Program-made: the position numbers and the translations under genes
Assembly (NCBI GenBank): GCA_037147115.1
Contig: JBAWVV010000002.1
Coordinates: forward strand, 1 to 37,557
Direction of reading: 5' to 3'
Source of the DNA: Planctomycetia bacterium
GTDB taxonomy: Bacteria; Planctomycetota; Planctomycetia; Pirellulales; UBA1268
Length of the DNA stretch: 37,557 nt
Shown here: in pieces, positions 8,547 through 17,876 of the stretch
How the letters are laid out: every line of letters starts with the position of its first letter
Position numbering within the stretch: position 1 is the first letter of the stretch
Notes under the pieces: generated by a model
Seen by the model: the letters and a program-made list of their open reading frames with translations, nothing else
Told to the model about the DNA's origin: nothing
The model's database searches: none

Positions 8547-10583
8547 GTGCACGGAAGCATGTTGGCCGGTCGTCGGCAGAGGGGATCGCACCTCCCGGGA
8601 GTCATCCGTCGCGCCGCGGCCTGGATGGTGGCCGTGGCCTCTGTTGGACCGAATATCCCGGTCGAGGCGGCCGGGTTCGCCCCGAGCGAGACGGTGTTCC
8701 CGGCGACAACGCGGATTTGGGTCAGCGCCCCCGATCCGCACCGGCTTCGCGAGAACTTCGACAACACCGACTACGGGCAGTTGCTCCAAGACCCACAGAT
8801 GCGCCCGTTCGTGGAGAGCGTCCGCGATCAGGCCCGCAAGGCCGGGAGGCAGCGGCTGGGGAAGCTCGGGCTGTCGTTCGAGGATCTCGCCAGCGTCCCG
8901 GGAGGGGAGGTCGCCCTGGGCGTCATCGAACCGGCTGCCGGTCGGCTCGCCACGGTGATCCTCGTCGATACCACCGGCCACGACGACGAGGCCTCGCGGC
9001 TGGTCGAGACGATCGGCGAGCGGCTCGTCGAACGGAAGGCTACGAAAACGACCTCGACGGCCGGCGGGACCACCACCATGACGGTCTACGAGGTGCCACA
9101 GGAACCGGGAACCGCCCACGCCACGCGCGTCGCCATCGTCTTCCATCCTGGGGCCCTGATCGTCGGCGACGATCCGGCCGTCGTCATGCAGACGGCGTCG
9201 TCGCTGTCGGGTCGGACCGACGGTCTCGCCACGGTCGCCTCCTATCGGGCGGTCTCCGACCGCTGTGCCGACAAGGTGTCGTCCGCCTCAGCGCCGATCC
9301 GCTGGTTCATCGATCCGCTCGGGTTCGCCCGTGCCGTGCAGGCCGCCAATCCCCCGCGCGAGAAGCGGAAGGGGCCAGATTACGTGGCGATCCTCGGGCG
9401 TCAGGGCTTCGATGCCGTCAAGGCCGTTGGCGGGGTGATCGTGCTCGACGACGGACTCCACGATCTCCGCCACCACACGCTCGTCCACGCGCCGCCGCTC
9501 GAAGGGCGGAAAGCCTTCGCCGCCGACCGCTACAAGCTCGCCGCCCGGATGCTCCAGTTCCCCAACACCGCGCGCCTCGAACCGCCGTCGTGGGTGCCGC
9601 GCGACGTGTCGAGCTGGGTCACGATGCAGTGGGACATGAAGACGGCCTTCGAGTCGGCCGAGTCGCTCGTCGACGACGTCGTCGGTGAGAAGGGGGTCTT
9701 CGATGACGTCATCGCCTCGCTCAAGGAGGATCCGGACGGCCCGCAGATCGACGTCGCCAACGAACTCGTCGGATGCCTCGGCACGAGGGTGTCGATCATC
9801 AGCGACCACACCATGCCGATCGATGTCGACAGCGAGCGCCTCGTGATTGCGATCGAGACGCACGATCCCGACCAGGTCGCCAAGACGGTCGCCAAGTCGA
9901 TGTCGACCGATCCCGACATGCGGAAGGTGGAGTTCAACGGCCACATCATCTGGGAGTTGATCGACCGCACCGACGCGATCCCCAAGCTCGAGATCGAGAC
10001 CCCCGGCCTGATCTCCGCCCATGCCGATTCGGAGGCCGATTCGGAGACCCCCGGCCGTCGGGGGAGGCTCCGTGACCGCGAGGAGAAACTCCTGCCGCAC
10101 TCGGCCGTGACGATCGCCCACGGCCATCTCCTCGTCGCCTCCCACCGCGACTTCCTCGAGCGCGTCCTCGCCACCTCCGGCGACGAAGGGACGCTCGCCG
10201 ACACCGGCGACTTTGGCGTCGTGACCGAGGAATTAGCGCGTCTGTTCCCCGGTGAGTCGGCGCTGCGGAGCTTCGGCCGGGGCGACGAGACGATCCGCCC
10301 GGCCTACGAAATGCTCCGCCGCGGCGAGATGCCGAAATCGAAGAGCCTGATGGGGCAACTTCTGAATGTCGCCCTCGGCGACGGCAAGGAGGGGAGCGTT
10401 CGGGAGCAGCGGATCGACGGCAGCACGTTGCCGGAGTTTGACGTCATCCAGCGCTATCTCGGGGCCGCCGGGGTGGGGATGGAGACGGTCCCCGAGGGCT
10501 GGTACATCGCCGGGGTGGCCCTGCCCCGCGATGGCCGCAGCGATGCGGTGGCCCGCAAACCGTCGGACACGATCGGACGCTAA
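8547..10583 (+). CDS. Secreted hypothetical protein
   Basis: The GTG at 8547 is preceded by AAGGAGGAG (8533-8541). There is an N-terminal signal-like segment AAAWMVAVASVGPNIPVEAAG. The 678-aa protein has normal composition, and I could not assign a domain. Confidence 0.7.
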   Translation: MHGSMLAGRRQRGSHLPGVIRRAAAWMVAVASVGPNIPVEAAGFAPSETVFPATTRIWVSAPDPHRLRENFDNTDYGQLLQDPQMRPFVESVRDQARKAGRQRLGKLGLSFEDLASVPGGEVALGVIEPAAGRLATVILVDTTGHDDEASRLVETIGERLVERKATKTTSTAGGTTTMTVYEVPQEPGTAHATRVAIVFHPGALIVGDDPAVVMQTASSLSGRTDGLATVASYRAVSDRCADKVSSASAPIRWFIDPLGFARAVQAANPPREKRKGPDYVAILGRQGFDAVKAVGGVIVLDDGLHDLRHHTLVHAPPLEGRKAFAADRYKLAARMLQFPNTARLEPPSWVPRDVSSWVTMQWDMKTAFESAESLVDDVVGEKGVFDDVIASLKEDPDGPQIDVANELVGCLGTRVSIISDHTMPIDVDSERLVIAIETHDPDQVAKTVAKSMSTDPDMRKVEFNGHIIWELIDRTDAIPKLEIETPGLISAHADSEADSETPGRRGRLRDREEKLLPHSAVTIAHGHLLVASHRDFLERVLATSGDEGTLADTGDFGVVTEELARLFPGESALRSFGRGDETIRPAYEMLRRGEMPKSKSLMGQLLNVALGDGKEGSVREQRIDGSTLPEFDVIQRYLGAAGVGMETVPEGWYIAGVALPRDGRSDAVARKPSDTIGR

Positions 10584-10604
10584 GCCCGGCCATTGACTCC
10601 GCGG

Positions 10605-10630
10605 CGCCGTCGGGACTTTTTCCGACGGCG
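10605..10630. terminator. Hairpin between convergent genes (cgccgtcgg-gacttttt-ccgacggcg), a likely bidirectional terminator
   Basis: A 9-bp perfect stem was read directly, in the 63-nt spacer between the stops at 10583 (+) and 10647 (-). An alternative overlapping stem is ccgacgg/ccgtcgg (10622-10628 with 10635-10641). Confidence 0.45.
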
Positions 10631-10646
10631 TCGGCCGTCGGGGTAG

Positions 10647-13118
10647 TCAGCGCGGTGGCACGCCTTCCTTCCCCGCCTTGCGTGCGGGGGGCGACGGGGC
10701 GGTCGCGGGCCCCCGAGTCGATTCGAGGACAGCCCAAAACGGATGCTGACGGTCACCACGCGTCCGCAGATCCTCCAGGAGCACTCCCTCGTCCGGCTGG
10801 ACCGGGTCGCGCCACAGTTTCCTGCCGTCGAGGCTGACATTCACCGGCCGCGTGAAGTCGACGAGGTCGGGGGAGAGCCACACCCTGACCCGCTCGGCCC
10901 CGCAGTGGATGATGAGCCCGTTGGTGGCCGTGGTCTTGGCATCGAGCGTAAACGGCCGAACGCCCTGACCGGGCGGCCACTGCGACGGCAGGACGACGGT
11001 CTTCGGAGGGGCGCCGGAGAGCTCCACCCACCAGAAGAAATTGTCCCACGGGCGCATCGTGACGGTGTCGATCGTCGTCGGGAGGAAGGTCCGTTTCCGA
11101 CGCTCCATCCAGTCGAAGATCCGCGGAATCTCGTCGGCGAAATGTTCGTGGCCGCGGCCCCGGTACTCGACGTAGGTGGTGTCGAAGCCCTTGGCGAAGT
11201 AGCGGTCGAGGTCCATGCCGTTGCGGGCAAAGGTGCCGTTGTCGAGCTCGCCCCCCACGACGTAGATCGGCAGCGTGCGGGCATTGTGCCAATAGTGATT
11301 CACGTAGCGGCCGGCGCCGGGAGTGATCGCAACGAGCCCCGCCCACAGGTCGGGATGGGCCAGGGCGATGTCCCAGGCGGCGTCGCCACCGAGCGAGTGC
11401 CCCGAGAGGAAGACGCGGTCGGTGTCGATGGCGAATCTCCGCTGCGCTTCCCGCAAGCTGCCGAGAACGGCCGCATGCTCCCGGGCCGAGTAGCCGTAGG
11501 TCGATTGCCCCTCTTCCGTCCAACGCGGCGCGACGACGATGCAGCCATGACGGGTCGCCTGACCGACCCGGCGGCCGTCGGGCCCCGGTGATCCCGCCCA
11601 CCAGGTGATCTGGTCGGCCGGTGTCGTGAAGGCGGCATGGAGCGAGACGATCGTCGGGTAACGCCGCAGAGGGTCGTACTCGGGGGGCACCTGAACGAGA
11701 CAGCTCAGCGGTTGCCCATCCGCCCCGGGGAATTCGAACTCATGGAGCCCGGGGGCCGTCGGCTCGGGGGGATCGAGGGGCGGGCGCATCTGACGCGCCA
11801 AACTCGCGATCGTCGCCGCGTCCCCCGCCTCCTCGTCGGCCACTTGTTCTCGCAGCGCCTGGCGGGCCGCCGCGTCGTCCGCGCGGAGGTAGTCGCGGAG
11901 GAGATCGCGGACGCGGGCGGCAGAGAGGGCGAGCTTCAGGTTCTCGCCGGCCGCCGCGGCCCCCTGGAGCCAACCGGAGAGCGCGATCGCCAGCGCCCGG
12001 TCGGCCGCGAGGTCGGGTTCGGTGCCCATCCGCTCAAACGCCGAGAGCCGATCGAGCGTGGCGAAGGTCATCTCCGCGCCGATCTCGTCGAGGATCCCGG
12101 CGACGGCGGCCCGGGTGCCGCCATCCTCGAGGCTGTCACACCGCTCCTGGAGGAGCCCGAGCAGGCGTTCGGCCGATGCCTGGCGCCCACGGTAGGCATC
12201 ACGGGCCTCCCGGATCGCTTCGATGGTCTCGGCCGAGGCCTCGTCGGCGGGGAAGCGTTCGAGGATCTCCATCGCCAGGGCATCCTGGCCCGACCTGCCG
12301 CGCAGTCGGACCTCGTCGAGGAGCCGGGTGGCCGACAGTTCCCCCAGGCTCTGCCGTTCTTCGGCAAGGTTCTTCAGTGCGGGGAAGTCACCGATGACAC
12401 CGTCGAGCTCGCTCCGCGCCTCTTCGTAACGCTCCGCCTGGAGGAACAACCGCACGATCCGCAGCCGTTCCTCCGAACTCGCCGGATCGGTCTGTCGATC
12501 GAGCACGAGGCGCAGCTGATCGCGGGGGATCGATCCGGTCGACAGGCGCATGTCGAGGAGGAGCGGGTTGTCGGTGACGACCCCCTCGACCCGAGTCCAG
12601 AGGGGGGTGATCTCGGTGATTCCCTGAACGACGTCGATCCTGCCGGAGGCCGTCGCCAGGGTGAGGATGCGGCGTCCAAACTCATCGAACGGCGTGGCGG
12701 CGAGAATCCCGCCGATAGAAGCGACGCGGCGGCCGTTCTCCGGGACGCGCTGCGGGATCTCGATCCGCTGGAGTTGCCGGCCGAACGGAAGCTCCTCCGC
12801 CCTGACGACGCGCCGCCGCGAGACGAACGTTCGCGTCAATTCGTCATCGCACATGAGCACGGGGGTGCCGGCCGTCCGGCTGCTGGTCGCCTCGGCGATC
12901 GGGTCGACGGCCACTCCGGCCACGAGCGCAAACCGTCCCTCGAGCGTCCGGCCATCCGCCATCTCGACCCGATCGGCCAAGGCGGTGCCTGAGCCGGCCC
13001 ATGAGACAAGCAGAGCGCCGCAGCCGACAGCGCCGATGATCGCCCGGAGGGGGGGGCGGATCGCCACTGGCTGACGCGGAAGTGCCGGCGTGTGGGGGGC
13101 AGCAGCCAGGCTTTCCAT
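10647..13118 (-). CDS. Secreted alpha/beta-hydrolase (serine esterase/peptidase-like) with a long N-terminal helical region
   Basis: The signal peptide is AIIGAVGCGALLVSWAGSGTALA. The C-terminal hydrolase fold has the nucleophile elbow VFLSGHSLGGDAAW, then IYVVGGELD and RGRGHEHF (a candidate Ser-Asp-His triad). A GGAGGA lies 6 nt upstream of the ATG at 13118. Confidence 0.8.
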   Translation of the reverse strand: MESLAAAPHTPALPRQPVAIRPPLRAIIGAVGCGALLVSWAGSGTALADRVEMADGRTLEGRFALVAGVAVDPIAEATSSRTAGTPVLMCDDELTRTFVSRRRVVRAEELPFGRQLQRIEIPQRVPENGRRVASIGGILAATPFDEFGRRILTLATASGRIDVVQGITEITPLWTRVEGVVTDNPLLLDMRLSTGSIPRDQLRLVLDRQTDPASSEERLRIVRLFLQAERYEEARSELDGVIGDFPALKNLAEERQSLGELSATRLLDEVRLRGRSGQDALAMEILERFPADEASAETIEAIREARDAYRGRQASAERLLGLLQERCDSLEDGGTRAAVAGILDEIGAEMTFATLDRLSAFERMGTEPDLAADRALAIALSGWLQGAAAAGENLKLALSAARVRDLLRDYLRADDAAARQALREQVADEEAGDAATIASLARQMRPPLDPPEPTAPGLHEFEFPGADGQPLSCLVQVPPEYDPLRRYPTIVSLHAAFTTPADQITWWAGSPGPDGRRVGQATRHGCIVVAPRWTEEGQSTYGYSAREHAAVLGSLREAQRRFAIDTDRVFLSGHSLGGDAAWDIALAHPDLWAGLVAITPGAGRYVNHYWHNARTLPIYVVGGELDNGTFARNGMDLDRYFAKGFDTTYVEYRGRGHEHFADEIPRIFDWMERRKRTFLPTTIDTVTMRPWDNFFWWVELSGAPPKTVVLPSQWPPGQGVRPFTLDAKTTATNGLIIHCGAERVRVWLSPDLVDFTRPVNVSLDGRKLWRDPVQPDEGVLLEDLRTRGDRQHPFWAVLESTRGPATAPSPPARKAGKEGVPPR

Positions 13119-13199
13119 CGAGTGTCCTCCGTGACCTCCGGCCTCTTGGCATCCGCCGCCAGGGAAGGAATCAGTTTATCGTCAGGGGGAGGAAGTCAT

Positions 13200-13819
13200 C
13201 CATGTCGCCCTGGCCGCCGCGGCGGGTGCGGCCGTTGGGCCTTGCCGACCGCCCCAGCCTTCGGGCCGGGCGGAGGGCGCCGTCGGGCTCCGGGAACGGT
13301 ACACTTCCACCGGCCACCTGCATCGCAGGCGCCAGCCGAGCGGATCTGCGGTGTTCGCCCGCTCGCTTCCCCACTCCCGGCAGAGAGGATTCCAACCCGA
13401 TGCGAGGGCCGATGGGCGACTTCGTGCGACGGGCGCTCTCGTGGGGGATCGTCCTCGTACTCCTCCTGCCGATCCTGCTGTCGGTGGTGAGCGGACTGGC
13501 TGCCCTGCTCGCCGCCCTCGGCGACGAGGGGGGGGCGCAGTTGTGTTGGCGCGCGGTCCTCCTGGCGGCCGTGGTCTGGCTCCTGGCGGTGGTGGCGACG
13601 TCAGTCCTGGCGGGCTTGGCCGCGCTCGCTGCGGAGCGTGCGGAACGGCGGTGTGGCCCCCCTTCCCGCCATCGGCGGCGGCAGAATGGGCGACGCCCCG
13701 GGCGGCGGCGGGGTGACCGCGGCTGGCCGGCGGCGCACGGCGGATCAAGCGAGAACGGAAGCGGGGACGGGAGCGGTGACGACGGGCCTCCGCCCCGGCA
13801 TGACCCGCGGCCGGGCTGA
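13200..13819 (+). CDS. Small membrane protein with Arg-rich tails, function unknown
   Basis: Hydrophobic helices are WGIVLVLLLPILLSVVSGLAALLAAL and AVLLAAVVWLLAVVATSVLAGLAALA. The ATG at 13200 follows GGGGGAGGAAG (9-nt spacing). An alternative start at ATG 13400 (MRGPMGDF) lies just before the first helix. Codons 13200-13399 look less gene-like, so the start is uncertain. Confidence 0.45.
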
Positions 13820-13842
13820 TCCTCCCCGGTGGAGTGCGAACG

Positions 13843-14265
13843 ATGCCGATCAAGTTCCGCTGTACGGGATGCCGTTCGAAGCTCTACGTTCCGGAACGGT
13901 GGCACGGGACCTCGATCGTCTGCCCCCGTTGCGACACGCGGGTCATGGTGCCGGCCGAGGCTGCCGGAGGCATCGTCACGTCGTTCGAAGGGGCGGCGGT
14001 CGAAAAGTCGCTCGCAGATCTCGTCCCGGACGGGGGCGAACCGTTCCGTGCCGCACCGTTCACAGTCAAGGTCGGCGCTCCCGGCCGGAGCCGTGGGAAC
14101 CGGAGCGGCGGGAAGCAGTCCCCCAAATCCGCAGGCGTGCAGCGCCGACGGACGGTGACCCTTCCGGTCTGGGTTCCGTATGCTTTTGGCGTCGGGCTGT
14201 TGCTGGTGAGCGCGGGGGCGTTTCTCGCCGGGATCTGGTGGGCGTCGAGGGGAGGCGGATCATGA
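13843..14265 (+). CDS. Zn-ribbon protein with a C-terminal transmembrane anchor
   Basis: MPIKFRCTGCRSKLYVPERWHGTSIVCPRCDTRV has CxxC...CxxC. The C-terminal TM segment is LPVWVPYAFGVGLLLVSAGAFLAGIWWA. A GGAG lies 8 nt upstream of the ATG at 13843. The stop overlaps the next start (ATGA at 14262). Confidence 0.7.
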   Translation: MPIKFRCTGCRSKLYVPERWHGTSIVCPRCDTRVMVPAEAAGGIVTSFEGAAVEKSLADLVPDGGEPFRAAPFTVKVGAPGRSRGNRSGGKQSPKSAGVQRRRTVTLPVWVPYAFGVGLLLVSAGAFLAGIWWASRGGGS

Positions 14266-16241
14266 TTGGTCGAGGCGCGGTTTTGGTTCCACACTTCCCC
14301 GGAAGCAGATGGTTGCTCGCGATGCTCCTGGCGCTGCTGGCCGTCAGCGGGGAAACTGGCCGCGGGCAAGATCCGCCGACGGCAGCGGCGGTGAAAGTCC
14401 TCCTTGATGGCGTCCGTGAAGACCTCGACGCCGACCGTCCGCAGGCGGCCCGCGATCGGTACGTGACGGCGGTCGATGCGCTGACGGCGCTGGTCGGCGG
14501 AGAGCCGCCGGCGGCGGCCCGCGGCTTGCTCGATCGGGCCCGGGGGCTGCGGGACGACCTCGAGCTCCAGGGGGTCGATGTCGATGGCATCGAGCTTCCC
14601 TCGCTGCCGCGGGCGGCGGCCAAGCCGAAGGCGGATTCCACCGCGAAGTCGGCAAGGGGGCCGGCCGGGACGGTCAGGAAGAGGGGGGTGGGAAGGCCGG
14701 CCGACCCCGGCGCCAAGGACGCCGCCGCCAAAGGGGTGAGCTTCGTCGGAGAGGTGGCGCCGATCCTCCTACGCCACTGCGGGGGATGTCACGTCGCCGG
14801 CCGCCGCGGGGAGTTTCAGTTCACTTCCTTCGACACCCTCATGAAGACCGGGATGGTGCAAAAGGGAGCCGGGGCCGACAGCCGGCTTGTCGAGGTGATC
14901 CGCACCGGCGACATGCCGCGCGGCGGCGGGAAGGTGTCGCCTGAGGAGTGTGCGCTGCTCGTGACCTGGATCAACGAGGGGGCGATGTTCGACGGCGCCG
15001 ATCCGCTCGTGGCGTTGCAGAATCCCGGGGCACCCGGCGGGGCCGCGACGACGCCCGTCCCCACCGGCGCGGTGAAGCTCGAACCGGGGGACGTGTCGTT
15101 TGCCTTCGACGTCGCGCCGGTCCTGGTAAAGCAGTGCTCCGGCTGCCACGACGCGATGCAGCCCGACGGGAATCTCTCCATGGTGACCCTGGAATCACTC
15201 CTCCGGGGAGGCGCCAATGGCGCTCCGATCATCGCCGGCGAAGGGGTCGCGAGCCTGCTGGTGCGGAAGCTCAAGGGGCGCGACATCGAAGGGCAGCCGA
15301 TGCCCCTCGGAAAGCCACCGCTCTCCGCGGAGGTGATCGCGACGATCGAGAAGTGGATCGATCAGGGGATGAAGCTCGACCTCCTCACGGCCCAGACGCC
15401 GTTGACGACCGTGGCCGCCGCCGGTCGGGCCCGTAGCCTCTCCCACGCAGACCTGCTCGCGGCCCGCTTCGAGGCCGCCGACGGCATCTGGCGGCGGGCG
15501 ATCGCCGACGAGGAGCCGACGCGCATCACCCGCGGGGATCTCCGTCTCGTCGGCAACCTTCCCGAGGCGAGCCTTGAGAGTCTGGCTGATCTTGCCGAAA
15601 AGGCGATGGAAGACGTTGCCGAGACCCTCGGCACCGGCGGCCGCCCATTGGCGAAGGGGGGGATTGTCCTCATGGTCTTCGACAAGCCCTTTGACTATTC
15701 CGACTTCTGGATCAACGTCCTCGGGGACGAGCGTCCCAAGGGGCTCTTCGGGAAGGCGGGCGTCAACGGCGACGTGGTCTACGGTGCCCTCATCGCCCCC
15801 GCGGTCGATTCAGCCGCTGCCCGGGCCGACGCGACGGCGGCGATCGCCGCGGAGCTCGCCGCCGCCGCGTTCCTCGCCCGTGGCACCCCCGACTGGTTCG
15901 CGGCCAGCGCTGGCCGCGCCGTCGCCATGAAGGTGGAGCCGAAGTCGGCGCTGGTGAAGGCCTGGCGCGGTCAGGCCAGCGAACGGCTCCAGCGGATGCG
16001 CCGACCCGCCGCCGTCGTCGACGGGACGGCTGGACCGGCCGACGACGCCCTCGTGGGCGGGGCATTCCTCTCCGCCGCTTCAGGGGGGGGAAGTCGTCTC
16101 AAGGCGATCTTCGGACAACTCGAGGCCGAGGTACCGTTCGGGGAGGCCTTTGAGACGTCATTCCAGGGAACCCCGACGGCGGTCTTCGAGGGCTGGCTGG
16201 CGAGGGAATTGAAGAAGCGGGGCGGAAGCCCGGGGCGATGA
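14262..16241 (+). CDS. Secreted protein with two planctomycete-type cytochrome c (PSCyt-like) modules
   Basis: The signal peptide is WLLAMLLALLAVSG. There are two haem-binding motifs in similar contexts: VAPILLRHCGGCHV and VAPVLVKQCSGCHD. The track ORF start (13638) is an upstream extension. The ATG at 14262 is preceded by GGAGG. Confidence 0.8.
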   Translation: MIGRGAVLVPHFPGSRWLLAMLLALLAVSGETGRGQDPPTAAAVKVLLDGVREDLDADRPQAARDRYVTAVDALTALVGGEPPAAARGLLDRARGLRDDLELQGVDVDGIELPSLPRAAAKPKADSTAKSARGPAGTVRKRGVGRPADPGAKDAAAKGVSFVGEVAPILLRHCGGCHVAGRRGEFQFTSFDTLMKTGMVQKGAGADSRLVEVIRTGDMPRGGGKVSPEECALLVTWINEGAMFDGADPLVALQNPGAPGGAATTPVPTGAVKLEPGDVSFAFDVAPVLVKQCSGCHDAMQPDGNLSMVTLESLLRGGANGAPIIAGEGVASLLVRKLKGRDIEGQPMPLGKPPLSAEVIATIEKWIDQGMKLDLLTAQTPLTTVAAAGRARSLSHADLLAARFEAADGIWRRAIADEEPTRITRGDLRLVGNLPEASLESLADLAEKAMEDVAETLGTGGRPLAKGGIVLMVFDKPFDYSDFWINVLGDERPKGLFGKAGVNGDVVYGALIAPAVDSAAARADATAAIAAELAAAAFLARGTPDWFAASAGRAVAMKVEPKSALVKAWRGQASERLQRMRRPAAVVDGTAGPADDALVGGAFLSAASGGGSRLKAIFGQLEAEVPFGEAFETSFQGTPTAVFEGWLARELKKRGGSPGR

Positions 16242-16534
16242 GTTTTCCACCGCAATGCCGTGGTGTCTGGGATGCGGAGAGCTCGTTGATAAAAAGGAGG
16301 GAGCCTTGGACCCCGGGGCGGGAGATCCGGGCGACCGCCGGCGAACCGACGGTCTCCGGCATGGCCTGCGGCCGGGACAATTCATCAGCCCCCAACGAGC
16401 CTCGGTAAGAGCTCACCGGCATGGTGTGACAGCAGCACGAACATGGCAGAAAACCCATCGCCCCAGGTTTCCCGGCCGCGCGGGGGATTCCGCGGGCATG
16501 GCCTGCCTGGTTCCCAGCATCATACACGCCGGAG

Positions 16535-17641
16535 TCAGGCGTCGGCCATGTCCCGGCCGACCGCTTCCATCGTTTTCGTGTTTCGTTCGACCGCGATCAC
16601 CACGGTCTGGCGCTCCACGCCGTTGGGATTGCTGGCGATGATCGGGAGGACCTGCCGCTTGTTCGGCAGATCAACGCGAACGCGGAAGGTGCCGTCCGGC
16701 CCGACTTTGACCGGTTCCCCCTGGAGCGTCACGTAGGCCCCCGGTTTGGTCGCCCCGTAGACGATCATCTCGGCATCGACCTCGATCTGGAAGTCGCTCG
16801 ATGGCTGCGGTTCGAACTCGCCATCGACCGACGAGCGCTGCGCCGGTGGACCGATCGGTCGCCGCAGTTTCTCCTCGAAGAGCTCCTGGAGGTCGGTGCT
16901 CGAATGCTCAGGGGAAAAGCCGCCGCTCATGGCGTAGATCTTCTCGCAATCGGCGGCGATGTCCCCCCAGTGGGTGTCGAGGGTGTCGGCCTGCGAGTTG
17001 GCCGGAACGGTCACGGCGTTGGAGCGGGCCAGGGCCTGGAACTTCCCGTGGGGGGCCTGATACCCGATCTCGAGGCGACAGCGCATCGGCTCGCGGATGT
17101 CGACAAACCAGTTCTTCACCCCGCCATGGATCTCGATCGTGCGGACAACCCGTTCCGAAGGAGAAGCCTGGAGGGCATTCTCGAGTTGGAGAACGCGCAG
17201 CACCGGGCGGGCCGCATGCCATTCCTGGCCGAGGGCCGCCTGGGCGCGGATGATGCTTGCCGAGGTAATCTCCCAGAAGGCGTGGAGCCAGTGGGGCCCA
17301 CGCACCATGACAACAATCCGGTCGCGCATCGAGGCTGCCGAACGGCCATTCTCCGGCTTCGTGGCGAGCATCTTTGCCTTGGCAATCCGTGCCCTGGCCT
17401 CTTGGATCCGCAGCGCCACGGCTTCGTCCCGGGCCGGCACCGTCTCAGCGGGCGTCGGACGGGTCGGCGCGACCTTCGGACGCATCGCCGCGGCCGGAAC
17501 CGGTTGACGGGCCCGGGCCTTGCGCACCAACGCACTGATCAGTTGATCCTTCCTCATGGCGTGCCAGCCAGCCACACCATGCTGCTTGGCCAAGCGGGCC
17601 AGATCACGAACCGGCTTCTGCTTCAGACTCGCGGCTGTCAC
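16535..17641 (-). CDS. Rho N-terminal-domain-like plus DUF4912-type protein
   Basis: The N-terminus LKQKPVRDLARLAKQHGVAGWHAMRKDQLISALV resembles the Rho_N helix bundle signature. DRIVVMVRGPHWLHAFWEI resembles the start of DUF4912. The start is a GTG at 17641. Confidence 0.75.
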   Translation of the reverse strand: MTAASLKQKPVRDLARLAKQHGVAGWHAMRKDQLISALVRKARARQPVPAAAMRPKVAPTRPTPAETVPARDEAVALRIQEARARIAKAKMLATKPENGRSAASMRDRIVVMVRGPHWLHAFWEITSASIIRAQAALGQEWHAARPVLRVLQLENALQASPSERVVRTIEIHGGVKNWFVDIREPMRCRLEIGYQAPHGKFQALARSNAVTVPANSQADTLDTHWGDIAADCEKIYAMSGGFSPEHSSTDLQELFEEKLRRPIGPPAQRSSVDGEFEPQPSSDFQIEVDAEMIVYGATKPGAYVTLQGEPVKVGPDGTFRVRVDLPNKRQVLPIIASNPNGVERQTVVIAVERNTKTMEAVGRDMADA

Positions 17642-17715
17642 GGATTTTCCCCGGGAAATGGTCGATGTCCAACCCTTCCACGGTACCGACGACAGGTCCT
17701 TGACGCAAATGAAGA

Positions 17716-17737
17716 CCCCCTATTAAGGGGTGTTTTT
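17716..17737. terminator. Short hairpin (cccct-atta-agggg) followed by TGTTTTT on the plus strand and flanked by an A-run on the minus strand
   Basis: Read directly in the 235-nt spacer between the two minus-strand genes. The stem is only 5-6 bp, so this is a weak call. Confidence 0.25.
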
Positions 17738-17876
17738 CGCGTCGATCGGCCGAAAGTCATCCCTCGGCGGGATCACGATTCGACCGGACAGACCAAGGAC
17801 GCATGCGTCACGGAGGACCGCCAACCGCCACTTGGATCGCTCTCCAGGGGGGCTGGGGCGACGCCGACCGCAGCGA

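Noticed and set aside
16255-16641. A 128-aa plus-strand ORF, and a TTG start 5 nt after a strong AAGGAGG in the convergent spacer.
   Set aside because: The product (…DPGAGDPGDRRRTDGLRHGLRPG…) is Arg/Gly/Pro-rich and runs antisense into the 3' end of the DUF4912 gene. There are no motifs. The SD-like sequence alone is insufficient.
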